A stretch of 64,000 bases of DNA from Lachnospiraceae bacterium. Its GTDB lineage: Bacteria; Bacillota; Clostridia; Lachnospirales; Lachnospiraceae. This document shows, one piece after another, positions 15,992-25,776 of the stretch. The translations under genes were made by a program, and so were the position numbers. The notes beneath the pieces are model-generated. The model saw only the letters and a program-made list of their open reading frames with translations. It was not told the DNA's origin and did not search any database. Every line of letters starts with the position of its first letter. Within the stretch, counting starts at the first letter, position 1. The stretch covers positions 307,713 through 371,712 of the forward strand of contig JAKVNF010000004.1 in the NCBI GenBank assembly GCA_022483465.1. Direction: 5' to 3'.

Positions 15992-16693
15992 TCATACTTC
16001 CTTTCCCTGCATCAGTTCCCGATACTTGTCCGCCAGAGACTTTCCCTCCCGGGCGCGCAGCTCCTCAATGTCCAGATCCGCAGCCACTCTCCCGTCCCGG
16101 AAGAAGATCGCCCGGTTGACGGCGGACTCGATCTCCTCCACCAGATGGCTGGAGATGACCACCGCATTGTCCGGGGACGAGGTCTCCAGGATGGAATTCA
16201 TGATCTGATCCCGCGCCAAGAGATCGATGCCGTTGAAGGGCTCATCCAAGAGATACACCTTTGCAGCCCGCGACATCGCGGCGGCCGCCCGGCACTTGGC
16301 CCGCATGCCGGTGGAGAGCGTCCGGACCTTCTGCTTTTCCGGCAGTTCCATCTGCCCGCAGAGCGCCCGGTAGCGGTCCATGGAAAAATCCGCAAAGAAG
16401 TCGGCAAAGTATTTTCCCACCTCCTCCACGGTCATCCAGCTGTAGAAGAAGTCCTCCGTGGGCAGGTAGGCGATGTCGGACCTGGTCTTTGCACAGACGG
16501 GCTCTCCCTCCCAGAGGACGCCGCCGGCACTTGGCCGAACCAGCGCCGCTGCCATCTTCATCCAGGTCGTCTTGCCGCTCCCGTTGGGCCCTAAGAGCGC
16601 ATAGATGTTCCCGGGCTCAATGTCAAAGGTGACGCCCTGCAGAGCCTTCGTTCTCCCGTAATTCTTTTCTGCTTCCTTTGTCTGCAGTGTCAT
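15992..16693 (-). CDS. ABC transporter ATP-binding protein
   Basis: Walker A GPNGSGKTT, signature LSTGMRAK, and Walker B VYLLDEPFNGID. Confidence 0.9.
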   Translation of the reverse strand: MTLQTKEAEKNYGRTKALQGVTFDIEPGNIYALLGPNGSGKTTWMKMAAALVRPSAGGVLWEGEPVCAKTRSDIAYLPTEDFFYSWMTVEEVGKYFADFFADFSMDRYRALCGQMELPEKQKVRTLSTGMRAKCRAAAAMSRAAKVYLLDEPFNGIDLLARDQIMNSILETSSPDNAVVISSHLVEEIESAVNRAIFFRDGRVAADLDIEELRAREGKSLADKYRELMQGKEV

Positions 16694-17046
16694 CTGTTTT
16701 CCTCCTCCTTCAGGATCTTCCCGATCTCCTCGCCGGAGAGCCCCAGGGCTCTCATGCGCTCCAGAAAGCTTCTGGTCAGATCTCTTGCCATCTCTTCTCT
16801 CACTTTTTGCTGCATCCCGATTTCCTCCACCACATAGGTACCGAGCCCGCGCCGTGTCTCACAGATGCCCTCCTGTTCCAGCACCTGGTAGACACGGGCC
16901 GCGGTGTTCGGATTGATCTGATACTGCTGTGCCAGTTCCCGCCCGGAGGGGAGTTTCTCCCCCGGTTGGATCTGGCCGGACGCAATTTTTCCCTTCAGGT
17001 CGTTTCCCACCTGCAGATAAATCGGAATCGACGTATCAAAGTTCAT
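16690..17046 (-). CDS. GntR-family transcriptional regulator (YtrA subfamily size)
   Basis: 118 aa with a winged HTH (LPSGRELAQQYQINPNTAARVYQVLEQEGI). It is the first gene of a GntR-ABC-permease operon and overlaps the ATPase gene by 4 nt. Confidence 0.85.
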   Translation of the reverse strand: MNFDTSIPIYLQVGNDLKGKIASGQIQPGEKLPSGRELAQQYQINPNTAARVYQVLEQEGICETRRGLGTYVVEEIGMQQKVREEMARDLTRSFLERMRALGLSGEEIGKILKEEENR

Positions 17047-17118
17047 TGGTCACCTCCGTTGTCTACTGTACTAGTTATATAGTGCACTATGTAATTCGTC
17101 AAGCACTTTTTTGGGCAA

Positions 17119-17143
17119 CAAAAAAACGGCCCCGCAGGGCCGT
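17119..17143 (-). terminator. Rho-independent terminator after the GGDEF gene
   Basis: Stem acggccc / gggccgt with loop cgca. On the minus strand a run of T follows (the A-run at 17119-17126). The plus side also has a T-rich tail, so it may work in both directions. Confidence 0.7.
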
Positions 17144-17168
17144 GAGTTTTCTTTCGGCTGTGTCGGCT

Positions 17169-18320
17169 TTATTTCCGGAGACACTGAGACGCCCGCTTGT
17201 CCTCGTACAGGGCCGTGTCGGCGTCCCGCACGATGGCCTCCGGCGTCTCCTCCGGGCTGGTACAGAGCCGGTACCCCACGCTGACGGAAAGCTCATAGGG
17301 GAGGTTCTGCCGCTTTGCCTCCTCCGGGACCCCGTCCCGGATCTGCTGCGCAAAGTCAGCGGGAGATCCGATCTTTTTCTGGGCGCCGATCATCATGAAC
17401 TCATCCCCGCCCCAGCGGCAGACGTACACCGAGTACTGTCCGGCGATGCGCGCCAGGCCCTTCGCCGCGGTCTGCAGGGCGCGGTCTCCCTCCATGTGCC
17501 CGTAGCGGTCGTTGATCGTCTTGAAGCGGTTGACATCGATCATGTAGACGACAAGTCCGTTGTCCGCGCCAACGCTCTGCATCATGTTTTCGAGGCGCTG
17601 GTCGGCGCTGCGGCGGTTGTTGAGGCCGGTCAGCGCGTCCTGGTAGATCTGGGCATTCTGCATGCTGACATAGAGGAGAAGGAGGGCGGAGAAGACACAG
17701 GGGGACATGATGGCCGTGTTGGGAACAATACCATCGAACACGCCTGCAAAAAACGGGAAGAGCACAAACGTGGTCATGGTGTAGTATTCCCTCCGTTTGG
17801 ACTTGGAGTGGTCGCGGTGCGCCTTTCTTCCCGCATGGATGGTGATGCCCATCAGGTAGAACATGTCGATGACACTCACGAGCATGTAGGCCGGGCCGTG
17901 GTACTCCGCGGTCTCGTCCGAGTAGTACACGAGTCCCGTGAAGGCGTTGGTGACAAGAAGTGTGGTGTCCAGGAGGATCGGGGCCGCTGTGAGCGCAATA
18001 AACCAGCCGCGGCGCAGGAGATCCTGCCGCATGCGCACCTCGGCGAACAGAAACCAGAGATAGCTGAGCAGGGCCATGCTGAACAGGCTGATCCCGTTGA
18101 CGAACGACCGCACCTGCCAGGGAATGGGCAGCAGGTTCCTAACCGCCAGCTCCCAGAACTCATCACAGCCCAGATAAAAGAGAAATACGCCCAGCATCAT
18201 CCGAAACAGGTGCATCTCCAGCGCACTGCCCACGTCCTGACTGAGGTTGAAGAGGATAATCAGCGTAAAGCCGAAACACCCGGCATTGATGATCAGGTAG
18301 TTGACGGTATCCGAAAACAT
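17169..18320 (-). CDS. Membrane-anchored diguanylate cyclase (intact GGDEF)
   Basis: The start was refined to MFSDTVNYLI (ATG 18320, RBS AGGAGGTG). It has an N-terminal multi-TM domain and a C-terminal GGDEF domain with LTGLNNRR...RWGGDEFMMIG. Confidence 0.85.
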   Translation of the reverse strand: MFSDTVNYLIINAGCFGFTLIILFNLSQDVGSALEMHLFRMMLGVFLFYLGCDEFWELAVRNLLPIPWQVRSFVNGISLFSMALLSYLWFLFAEVRMRQDLLRRGWFIALTAAPILLDTTLLVTNAFTGLVYYSDETAEYHGPAYMLVSVIDMFYLMGITIHAGRKAHRDHSKSKRREYYTMTTFVLFPFFAGVFDGIVPNTAIMSPCVFSALLLLYVSMQNAQIYQDALTGLNNRRSADQRLENMMQSVGADNGLVVYMIDVNRFKTINDRYGHMEGDRALQTAAKGLARIAGQYSVYVCRWGGDEFMMIGAQKKIGSPADFAQQIRDGVPEEAKRQNLPYELSVSVGYRLCTSPEETPEAIVRDADTALYEDKRASQCLRK

Positions 18321-18523
18321 GGCGCACCTCCTGTCAGAACCCGAGGGAACACTTCGGGGCATCTGTGTTGCAATCGTTTTCATTTACAGGATACCACCGG
18401 TTTTGGGGCAGATTCCAGTACAGCTTTGCCGGGGGTGACAATGTAGAAGCGACAAAAAATCCCTCCGGGCAAGGGCCCGAAGGGGATTCGCATCCAGACT
18501 GCCGGATCATGGAAAGGCACCCG

Positions 18524-19777
18524 TCACTGCTTCCGGTTCTTTGCGTGCACCGCAGACCGCCGAAGCAGCAAAAAGCCGATGATGAACAGGATGCCCAGGG
18601 CGGCGACGGAGATGTTAATGCTGCCCGTGATGCTGACGGTGACGCCGATCAGCATGGTGCCCACGAACGAGGCACCCTTGCCGCAGATGTCATAGATGCC
18701 GAAGTACTCTCCGGAGCTCTCCGCCGGGATGATCGATGCGTAGTAGGAGCGGGACAGGGCCTGGATGGCGCCCTGAAACATGCCCACCACAAAGGCCATG
18801 ATGCCGAACTGCCAGAGCGTGTGCATAAACAGCGCCAGGATGGCAACGCAGAAGTAGCCGAAGATACAGACGCTGATCAGGGAGATCGTGTTGTACTTCT
18901 CCGAGAGCCTTCCGAACAGGGTCGCAAAGGCAAAAGCGACGACCTGGGTCAGAAGCAGCACCACGAGGAGTCCTGTGGTGTCCAGGCCCAGGGAGGTGCC
19001 GATGGCAACCGCCTCATCGATGATTGTGTAGACGCCGTCGATGTAGAAGAAGAACGCGAGCAGAAAGCAGAAGATGTGCTTTTCATCCCGGTACATCCGG
19101 GAAAGGGTCCTGCCGAGGCGGGAGAAACTCTCCTTCAGGGCTGCGGACTTCTGATGCTCCACGTAGTGGGTCTGGTGGTAGTTCTTCAGGAGCGGAATGG
19201 TCACCGCAAGCCACCACACACCGGCAATGAGAAACGCGAAGAAGATGGCAAGCTTCATCGGGATCTTTCCCATGGTGCCGAGGAGATACATCGCCAGGGC
19301 GCCGATGAACGGGATGCAGGAGCCAAGATACCCGTAGGCATAGCCGCCGGAGGAGAGTGCATCCATGCGCTCGGGCGCTGCCACATCGATCAGCATCGAG
19401 TCGTACAGGACGAGAGAGAGCTGATAGCAGCACTTGGCGATGATGAAGATCGCGATGTAGAGCTGCCAGGAGGGCACGAGGCCCATCAGAATGCAGCCCG
19501 CCACGCCCGTGTACAGCATCGAGGAGAACATCGGCTTTCTCGCACCCCTGTTGTCGGAAATGCTCCCGAGGATCGGTCCCAGAACCGCCGTGATGATGGT
19601 CACGATGCTCACCGCATAGCTCCACATGGCGAGGTACCGGGTACTGCCGATGCCGGCATCCTCCGCCAGCGCATCAAACCAGATCGGGATCAGCGTGGAC
19701 ACCATCAGCGTGAAGACCGAATTTCCCACGTCGTAGAGCACCCAGGCACGCTCTGTCCGATTCATATTTTTGAACAT
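18524..19777 (-). CDS. MFS transporter (UMF1/Atg22-like family)
   Basis: 417 aa with 12 predicted TM segments. The N-terminus MFKNMNRTERAWVLYDVGNSVF is typical of this MFS subfamily. Confidence 0.75.
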   Translation of the reverse strand: MFKNMNRTERAWVLYDVGNSVFTLMVSTLIPIWFDALAEDAGIGSTRYLAMWSYAVSIVTIITAVLGPILGSISDNRGARKPMFSSMLYTGVAGCILMGLVPSWQLYIAIFIIAKCCYQLSLVLYDSMLIDVAAPERMDALSSGGYAYGYLGSCIPFIGALAMYLLGTMGKIPMKLAIFFAFLIAGVWWLAVTIPLLKNYHQTHYVEHQKSAALKESFSRLGRTLSRMYRDEKHIFCFLLAFFFYIDGVYTIIDEAVAIGTSLGLDTTGLLVVLLLTQVVAFAFATLFGRLSEKYNTISLISVCIFGYFCVAILALFMHTLWQFGIMAFVVGMFQGAIQALSRSYYASIIPAESSGEYFGIYDICGKGASFVGTMLIGVTVSITGSINISVAALGILFIIGFLLLRRSAVHAKNRKQ

Positions 19778-19975
19778 CTCTCTTTCCTCCTTCTTAGGTC
19801 AGACGTTTTCACCTTATCATTCCCCGCATTGCCGCTCTACCGCCCTCTTGTAAAGGCCATGTAAAGTTCCGGTGAAGTCTTCCCTTCCCTCTGCCATTGT
19901 AGCGGAAAAGAGGACAGTGAACAACGAAGGAAGTACCTCTTGCTGTCAGAAAAATATTTCCGGTCCCCGAAATCA

Positions 19976-19984
19976 TGGTATAAT
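19976..19984 (+). promoter_or_regulatory. Extended -10 promoter element (TGgTATAAT) for the response-regulator gene
   Basis: TGGTATAAT at 19976-19984 lies about 25 nt upstream of the ATG at 20009 and is followed by the RBS AAGGAGG. The -35 region is weak. Confidence 0.45.
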
Positions 19985-20008
19985 CCCGGAGCATAAGGAG
20001 GAAATGCC

Positions 20009-20734
20009 ATGTCAGGCTTACGGATTGCAATCTGTGATGATGAGGCAATCGAGCGATTTCGGCTGCGCCGCCTCCTGGAAAAGGCAGGTCAGCAGGATCC
20101 CGTCTTCGCGGATCTGCACGTCTTTGAATACGATTCCGGCAAGGAGCTCCTCCAGGTCTACTGCCGCGGCAGCTTTGACCTGGTCTTCCTCGACATCTAC
20201 ATGACCGGGGTCGACGGGATCGAGGTCACCAAGAAGATCCGGGAGGTGGACCCCCGGGTCCCCATCGTGTTCCTGACCAGCTCCTCCGACTTTGCCATGA
20301 ACGCCTACAGCCTGAAGGTCAGCCAGTACCTCATCAAGCCCGCCCACGGCGCAGACGTGATGGACGTGCTGCACACGTCCCTGATCCGCAAGAACAGCCG
20401 GCCCTCTCTGACCGTGCGCTCCGGCGGCGTCCTGGTCCCGGTGCCCTATGACAGCATCCTGTGCCTGGAGCAGAAGGGACACCAGGCCATCCTGCGGCTC
20501 GCCGAGGAGGAGCCGGTGGTGACCAATGCCAAGCTCTCGGACCTGATCCAGCAGCTGCCCGAGGAGTTCTACGCCTGCCACAAGAGCTACATCGTCAACC
20601 TGATCCACGTGCGCGCCCTGGACAGAGACCTGCGGGCCTTTCAGCTCGACGACGGCTCCTATGTCAGCATCCGGAGGGAGAGCCTCTCCGAGGCAAAGCG
20701 AAAGATGGAAGAACAGAAGATCCGGCCCCAGTGA
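20009..20734 (+). CDS. LytR/AlgR-family two-component response regulator (REC + LytTR)
   Basis: REC pattern (IAICDDE ... DLVFLDIYMTGVDG) and a C-terminal LytTR pattern (CHKSYIVNLIHVRALD ... SIRRES). Confidence 0.9.
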   Translation: MSGLRIAICDDEAIERFRLRRLLEKAGQQDPVFADLHVFEYDSGKELLQVYCRGSFDLVFLDIYMTGVDGIEVTKKIREVDPRVPIVFLTSSSDFAMNAYSLKVSQYLIKPAHGADVMDVLHTSLIRKNSRPSLTVRSGGVLVPVPYDSILCLEQKGHQAILRLAEEEPVVTNAKLSDLIQQLPEEFYACHKSYIVNLIHVRALDRDLRAFQLDDGSYVSIRRESLSEAKRKMEEQKIRPQ

Positions 20735-20753
20735 TGGGTCCGGATCTTTTTTT
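20717..20753 (+). terminator. Rho-independent terminator overlapping the response-regulator stop codon
   Basis: A 9-bp stem aagatccgg / ccggatctt with a 14-nt loop, followed by TTTTT. Confidence 0.7.
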
Positions 20754-20770
20754 CTCTGTATTTTTTGGGT

Positions 20771-21889
20771 TCAGGCGGAATCCCGGTCGTAGAAGCTCCC
20801 GCAGATGCCCCCGGGGGCATGCTGCGCGTCCCGGCTGTGCCGGTCCGCCGCGCGGACCATGTTCCAGAGGTCCCGCTCCCCGGCGCAGGTTCCAAAGACG
20901 TACCCCACGTAGATGGAAAAGTCCGGCCGTTCGCTCTCCTGCATGGACTTTCGAAGCTCCTGCAAAAGTGCCCCCTCCGAAGTGCCCGTGACGAGCACCA
21001 GGATGGTGCCGCCGAAATAGTGAAAACAGTTTTTCTCCCCAAAGCGCGCCTGCAGGACGCCCGCAAAGTGCAAAAACGCCTTCTCCTCTTCCTCCGGCCC
21101 CTTGGCATCCAGGAGCATGCGGCAGGAGGGCGCCTCTGCCACCGCGGCAAAGAGAAGCTGCCCGGTGAAGCGCTCGGCTGCAGGCCGGAGCATCTCCCTG
21201 GTCTGGAGGCCGGTGTGCTGCTCATGGGTTGCAAAGTAGTCCCCGATGAGCTCTCTCTTGATCACCCGGTCATACCCGCCGGTGACCAGGATCGCGATGG
21301 GAAAGGCCGCGGCCGCAGCGGTCGCGAGGTGCATCGCGTCTGCCTCGAAGAGGCTCCAGGGCTTGGCAAGAAAGCTGCAGACCAGAAAGAAGGCGCTCCA
21401 GCCGATGTCAAACAAAAGCACCCGCAGCGTCCGGTCCACAATGAAGAACTGGGTCCCCGCGAAGGCAATCATAAAGGTGATGGCCTGGGCGTCCGGGTCC
21501 CAGAAGGTGCCCATCAAAACGCTTGCCAGGTACAGAAGGCTCAGACACCCGTAGAGAAAGATCTGGGGATGCCGGCGGAACATCCCGGAGCTGTCCCGCT
21601 TCCAGAACAGGCACAGCACCAGGAGGAAGGCAAGGAACAGGGCACTGCTGCGGAACACCTCCGACTCCCGAACGAGGCACTGAAACAGGATCGCAAAGCC
21701 GCAGGTCATCAGGCCACCCAGAAAGAAGTTTCCCAGCTGCGCGCAGGCAATGCGCTGCAGCTCCTTTGGGTATGCCTCGTCCCGAAAGGCCTCATACCGC
21801 GCCCAGATGGCGGGGTACGTCCGATTTCGGAGCGCCTTCTCCACATCCTCCAGGCCGCTCCAGAAAAAGGGAACGGCGCGGCGCCTCAT
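20771..21889 (-). CDS. Membrane protein with a degenerate GGDEF-like C-terminal domain
   Basis: About 6 TM segments, then a domain with GGDEF-like architecture. The signature position reads HYFGGTILVL rather than GGDEF/GGEEF. The start overlaps the stop of the upstream kinase gene (ATGA). Confidence 0.6.
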   Translation of the reverse strand: MRRRAVPFFWSGLEDVEKALRNRTYPAIWARYEAFRDEAYPKELQRIACAQLGNFFLGGLMTCGFAILFQCLVRESEVFRSSALFLAFLLVLCLFWKRDSSGMFRRHPQIFLYGCLSLLYLASVLMGTFWDPDAQAITFMIAFAGTQFFIVDRTLRVLLFDIGWSAFFLVCSFLAKPWSLFEADAMHLATAAAAAFPIAILVTGGYDRVIKRELIGDYFATHEQHTGLQTREMLRPAAERFTGQLLFAAVAEAPSCRMLLDAKGPEEEEKAFLHFAGVLQARFGEKNCFHYFGGTILVLVTGTSEGALLQELRKSMQESERPDFSIYVGYVFGTCAGERDLWNMVRAADRHSRDAQHAPGGICGSFYDRDSA

Positions 21890-23733
21890 GACGACGTCTC
21901 CTTTCCGGAGAATTCCCCGGCGGCCTTCGCCGAGCGCTCATAGAGCGCCATCAGGGGCGCATGCTCTGCCCGGATCTTGGGGATCAGGTCCCCGGCAAGC
22001 TCCGGATTCTTCACGAGCTTTTGCACCATCGCCTCCTGCGCCCTTGCGCGCCCGGACAGCACCGTGCAGCCCGTCTGCAGAGCCGTGGAGCCCAGTGCAT
22101 GGACAAAGACCAGATAGTTGTTCCAGTCCCCGTCCCCATAGTATTTCTCGATCTGTTCCCGCTTTTCCGCGTACTCCCCGGCAAACATGGAGGCGATCAC
22201 GTAGTAGAGATCCTCCTCCCCGTCGCACAGGGCAATCCCCGCGCTCACATCCACCAGGACTTCCCCGCCGGAGGGCGCCTGTGTCTCTTCCTGCTTCACC
22301 TGTTCCTCTTTCTTCTCCGCTTCCTCCTGGATGAGGCTCACCTTTTCCGGCGGCAGGAACCTTGCCAGCATGCGCTCCAGCTGGCTCATGCGCACGGGTT
22401 TGGGGAGGTAGTCCGCAAACCCCGCCGCAAGGTACTTCTCCCGAGAGCCGCTCAGCACGGTCCCGGTCGCCGCCACCACCGGCGTCGTCCAGTTGCGGTT
22501 TCCCTCCATGGCCCCCGCGATCCGCAGGGTCTCCACGCCGGTCATGCCGGGCATCAGGTCATCCAGAAAGATCAGATCATACTGCTCGCGGCACATCCGC
22601 TGCAGGGCTTCCTTGCCGCTGCGGCACTTCTCGATCCGCACCTTCTCCGGCCGCAGCATCTCCTCCAGAACCCGCAGGTTCATCTCGTTGTCATCGACAA
22701 GAAGGACCTTGGCGCCGGGCGCCTCAAACCGAAGGTGCGTCCGCTCCGTCCTGGTTCTCTGGGAGAGCTCCAGGGTGATGGCCGCCTCCCGGCTGTCTCC
22801 CGCCGAGAGCCGAAGACACCCGCCCATCATTCTGGCATAGCTGTCCGCAAGGAGAAGCTCGAGATCCGTCTCCTCATCATCTGCCGGCTCGTTCTCTTTT
22901 CTCCCAAAGAGGGTCCGGATCTTCTCCAGCTCCTCCGAAGAGAGGTTCATGTCCGTGCCCGAGACGCAAAAAAGAAGCCTGGTCTCCAGCACCGAATGTC
23001 CCGCCTCGGCGTGCACGGAGAGAAAGATCCGCCCCGCCCTGCCGCGGCGGATCGAGCCGCCAAGAAGGATGCCCAGGATCCTGCGGATCTTCTGTGCGTC
23101 TCCGGTCAGTGCGTCCGGGGCGTTCTCCTCAATCTCTCTGACAAGAACCAGGCCGCGCTTTTTTGCCTGCGCGTCCCAGGGGGCTGTGACCTCTCCGATC
23201 ATCTCCCGCAGGCTGTAGTCTGATTCCTGCAGCTCAATCGCCCCGGACTCGATCTTGCCCAGATCCATGATGCTGTTGACGGTTGCAAGAAGCTCCTCTC
23301 CCGCCTCTTTGATGTGCTGTGCCCGCTCCCGGTCCGCCGGGTCTTTGCTCTCCCGGAGCGTCAGATCATTCATGCCCAAAAGTTCTGTCAGGGGCGTCCG
23401 GATCTCGTGGGACATGCGTGCAATGAACTCGGTCTTGGTCTGTCCCGCCTGCCGCGCCTCCTTTTTGGCCTGTTCCAGCTCGTCCCGCTGCTGCTCCTTT
23501 CGGTTTGCCGAGAAGAACAGATGCAGCACCGCCGCCAGGGCGACCATCAGAAATCCTGCCGTGTAATAGAGCTGGCTCGCCAGCGTAAGAAAATAGGCGT
23601 CGGTCGGCACCGTCTGCGCCGCGATCTGCGTCGCAATGACCTGGTGGAACTGCGGCTCGATCAACAGCACGGCCGCGCTGCCCACACCCAGGATCAGTGC
23701 AAGATCCACCGCCCTGCTTTTTCTGCTGCCCAT
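21886..23733 (-). CDS. Hybrid sensor histidine kinase (TM - HisKA - HATPase_c - REC - Hpt)
   Basis: H-box FIARMSHEIRTPLTELLGM, REC KVLLVDDNEMN...DLIFLDDLMPGMTG, and a C-terminal Hpt-like VHALGSTAL. The start was taken at MGSRKSRAV (ATG 23733); the longer ORF to 23802 is possible. Confidence 0.85.
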   Translation of the reverse strand: MGSRKSRAVDLALILGVGSAAVLLIEPQFHQVIATQIAAQTVPTDAYFLTLASQLYYTAGFLMVALAAVLHLFFSANRKEQQRDELEQAKKEARQAGQTKTEFIARMSHEIRTPLTELLGMNDLTLRESKDPADRERAQHIKEAGEELLATVNSIMDLGKIESGAIELQESDYSLREMIGEVTAPWDAQAKKRGLVLVREIEENAPDALTGDAQKIRRILGILLGGSIRRGRAGRIFLSVHAEAGHSVLETRLLFCVSGTDMNLSSEELEKIRTLFGRKENEPADDEETDLELLLADSYARMMGGCLRLSAGDSREAAITLELSQRTRTERTHLRFEAPGAKVLLVDDNEMNLRVLEEMLRPEKVRIEKCRSGKEALQRMCREQYDLIFLDDLMPGMTGVETLRIAGAMEGNRNWTTPVVAATGTVLSGSREKYLAAGFADYLPKPVRMSQLERMLARFLPPEKVSLIQEEAEKKEEQVKQEETQAPSGGEVLVDVSAGIALCDGEEDLYYVIASMFAGEYAEKREQIEKYYGDGDWNNYLVFVHALGSTALQTGCTVLSGRARAQEAMVQKLVKNPELAGDLIPKIRAEHAPLMALYERSAKAAGEFSGKETSS

Positions 23734-23929
23734 ATGGTCTCCCTCTGTCTGCGCACCGGATTTCTGCGGTCTCCCCGCCCGCTCCATAGAAATGGATCTC
23801 ACCCACAGTTTTCGGATACGCCTATATATTTTGTGTCCGATTGTAGTATCGCAGAAAGCACATCTGGTTTCTACCCGGAACGCGCACCTGACTTGTCATA
23901 ATTCAGGCTTGACATCCGGCAAAATTGTG

Positions 23930-23937
23930 CATACCCC
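23930..23937. repeat. Left copy of the 8-bp target-site duplication CATACCCC
   Basis: The sequence reads ...aaaattgtgCATACCCC|CTTAACTTATTG. Confidence 0.75.
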
Positions 23938-25560
23938 CTTAACTTATTGAACTTTTACACCCTAGGCATGCTTCTGGCATTGCCAGGAAGATCGGATATT
24001 GCCCGATCGATCATGTCCAGAGATACGCCACAGGGTGCAAGATCCTGACGCTGCATCTTGGTCAGTTTGTATCTGCGCTGATAGGTTCTGGTTGTCAGAT
24101 CCCGATCGGCTGTGATCTCCTCGTACTGCTCTACAAGCGCTGGAACGGTACTTCGCTTGCGATCTTTAACCCGAAGCTTTTCCGTCTTGGAAAAGATAAG
24201 GGCATGCAGGATGGAGGCTACAAACCAAATGAGACTCTTGGTGTGCAGGGATGGCTCAGAGTGAACGCCCATCTTATCCATTCCGAGAGAGCTCTTCAGC
24301 GCGCGAAATGTTTTCTCAACGCAGTCGCGCCTGGACATCGCCAGCATTGCCTCTTTGGCAGACATCGGTTCACTAGACACAAGGACCATGTATCCGCATT
24401 TGCTGCTGGCACGATCAATGGCTTTCCGATTTCGGGCGAAGGAATCGATCACATAAGACGGAACCTCCTTGTCCTCGCCTGCTCCGCGGCCACGCTTCTT
24501 CACGATGAGGGTTCCCTCCTCGTGGCATTGGATGTCGAAATAGGTGCGGTCATTGTCGAGTTCCTGTTTTGTCATTCGGGTGTGCCGCTTCTCGGCGTTC
24601 TGCAGCCGATGCTCTGCAGCGGCGACATACTTCATGAGTTCGTCGCGGTGTTTTCGCTCGAGCTCCCCGTCCCAGGCAATGTGGAAGCAGGTATTCTGTT
24701 TGTCATCCTCGAACAGCTTTTGCGCAAATGAGAGGCCGAATCTTCCGGTTTCCTCATCATAGTTCTCCGTAATCTTCACTTCGCTGACATGGGCATCAAG
24801 GACTTCATCCACGATTTCCATGTTCTTTCGAAGCATCAGGATGAACCCAAGACCTGCATTCCGCATCTCGGTGATATTCTCTTCCGAGACATATCCACGG
24901 TCCGCGATCATAATGATGTGGAATTTTACCTCTGTGTCCAGGCCATCCTGCAGATTCCTCAGCTCGGTGATCACGTCGGATGCTTCGGCCATGTCGTTCA
25001 GAGAGCCCGGGAAATTCTTGAACGTAACGGGCATGCCATCCCGCTGACGGATTGTGTACTCAGTATTGACCTGGTCCTTATCCGGATCATCCTTGGCGTG
25101 ACCCTTCTGCACAATGAAGATGCCCTCTGCCTGCGAGTTTACGTTGGTAGAGTCATAGCAGACGAACACCCTGCCGTCATCGAGGACATGGCATGCCCAT
25201 TTCTTCTTAAAGAGATTGATCCTGGAGACTGATATCTCTTCTTTCTCAAAGTCCGAGAGGAAGCTGTCGCTGCGGACGGATTCGGCAAAGAGCGCGTGGC
25301 TCTTTGCCCAATGGGGATAATGCTGAAAGACAGCAGATCTTGCTGACAGCATGTACATCGCAAGGTCCATGATCAATTCTGTGTTGGCGCTGCCAAAGAC
25401 CTCGGTCAGAAGATCCAACAGCTGAGATTCCCCAGCGAGAGTCTTCACCACGGAGTACAAGCCAACCGAGATGCAGTCGGACCGTTCCGGATACTCCGTA
25501 TCAGCGGAAGGAGCAGGCAACTCCTGTGCAGGAGATGGATCTCCCGAGGGAGCTTTCCCA
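23938..25560 (-). mobile_element. IS copy A; the 3' 1.6 kb is near-identical to copy B, and the 5' end is divergent with no recognisable terminal repeat
   Basis: It aligns base-for-base with 35788-37410 apart from scattered substitutions. Similarity collapses near 25560, and no ...AATAAGTTAAG end occurs before the lacI-type gene stop at 25777. Confidence 0.8.
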
Positions 25561-25664
25561 CGAGGCGCTGTTGCAATGGCATGATTCTTGTAGTAATTTC
25601 TAAAGATACTTCCCGAAGCATGGATCCAAGCTTCTTCATTTCGTTGTCCTTTGTCTTGCTCCAA
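23955..25664 (-). pseudogene. IS1634/IS4-like DDE transposase, copy A; probably N-terminally defective
   Basis: The C-terminal ~530 aa are nearly identical to the 612-aa copy B protein. The N-terminus (MEQDKGQRNEEAWIHASG...) differs. The homologous upstream segment (...TGDGTLHIETYGMIIWSKTKDNEMKKLG) is in another frame (ORF 25445..25771), which implies a frameshift or truncation. Confidence 0.6.
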
Positions 25665-25776
25665 ATTATCATGCCGTACGTCTCGATGTGTAGGGTTCCG
25701 TCTCCGGTCATCCCGGAAATCTCTCTTGTATTTCTATACTGTATGAGTATTTTTATACCGTATCCGCGCACCCAAC

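Noticed and set aside
25445-25771. A 108-aa ORF upstream of the IS copy A transposase.
   Set aside because: It is interpreted as the out-of-frame remnant of the transposase N-terminus (it resembles the N-terminal region of copy B), not an independent gene.
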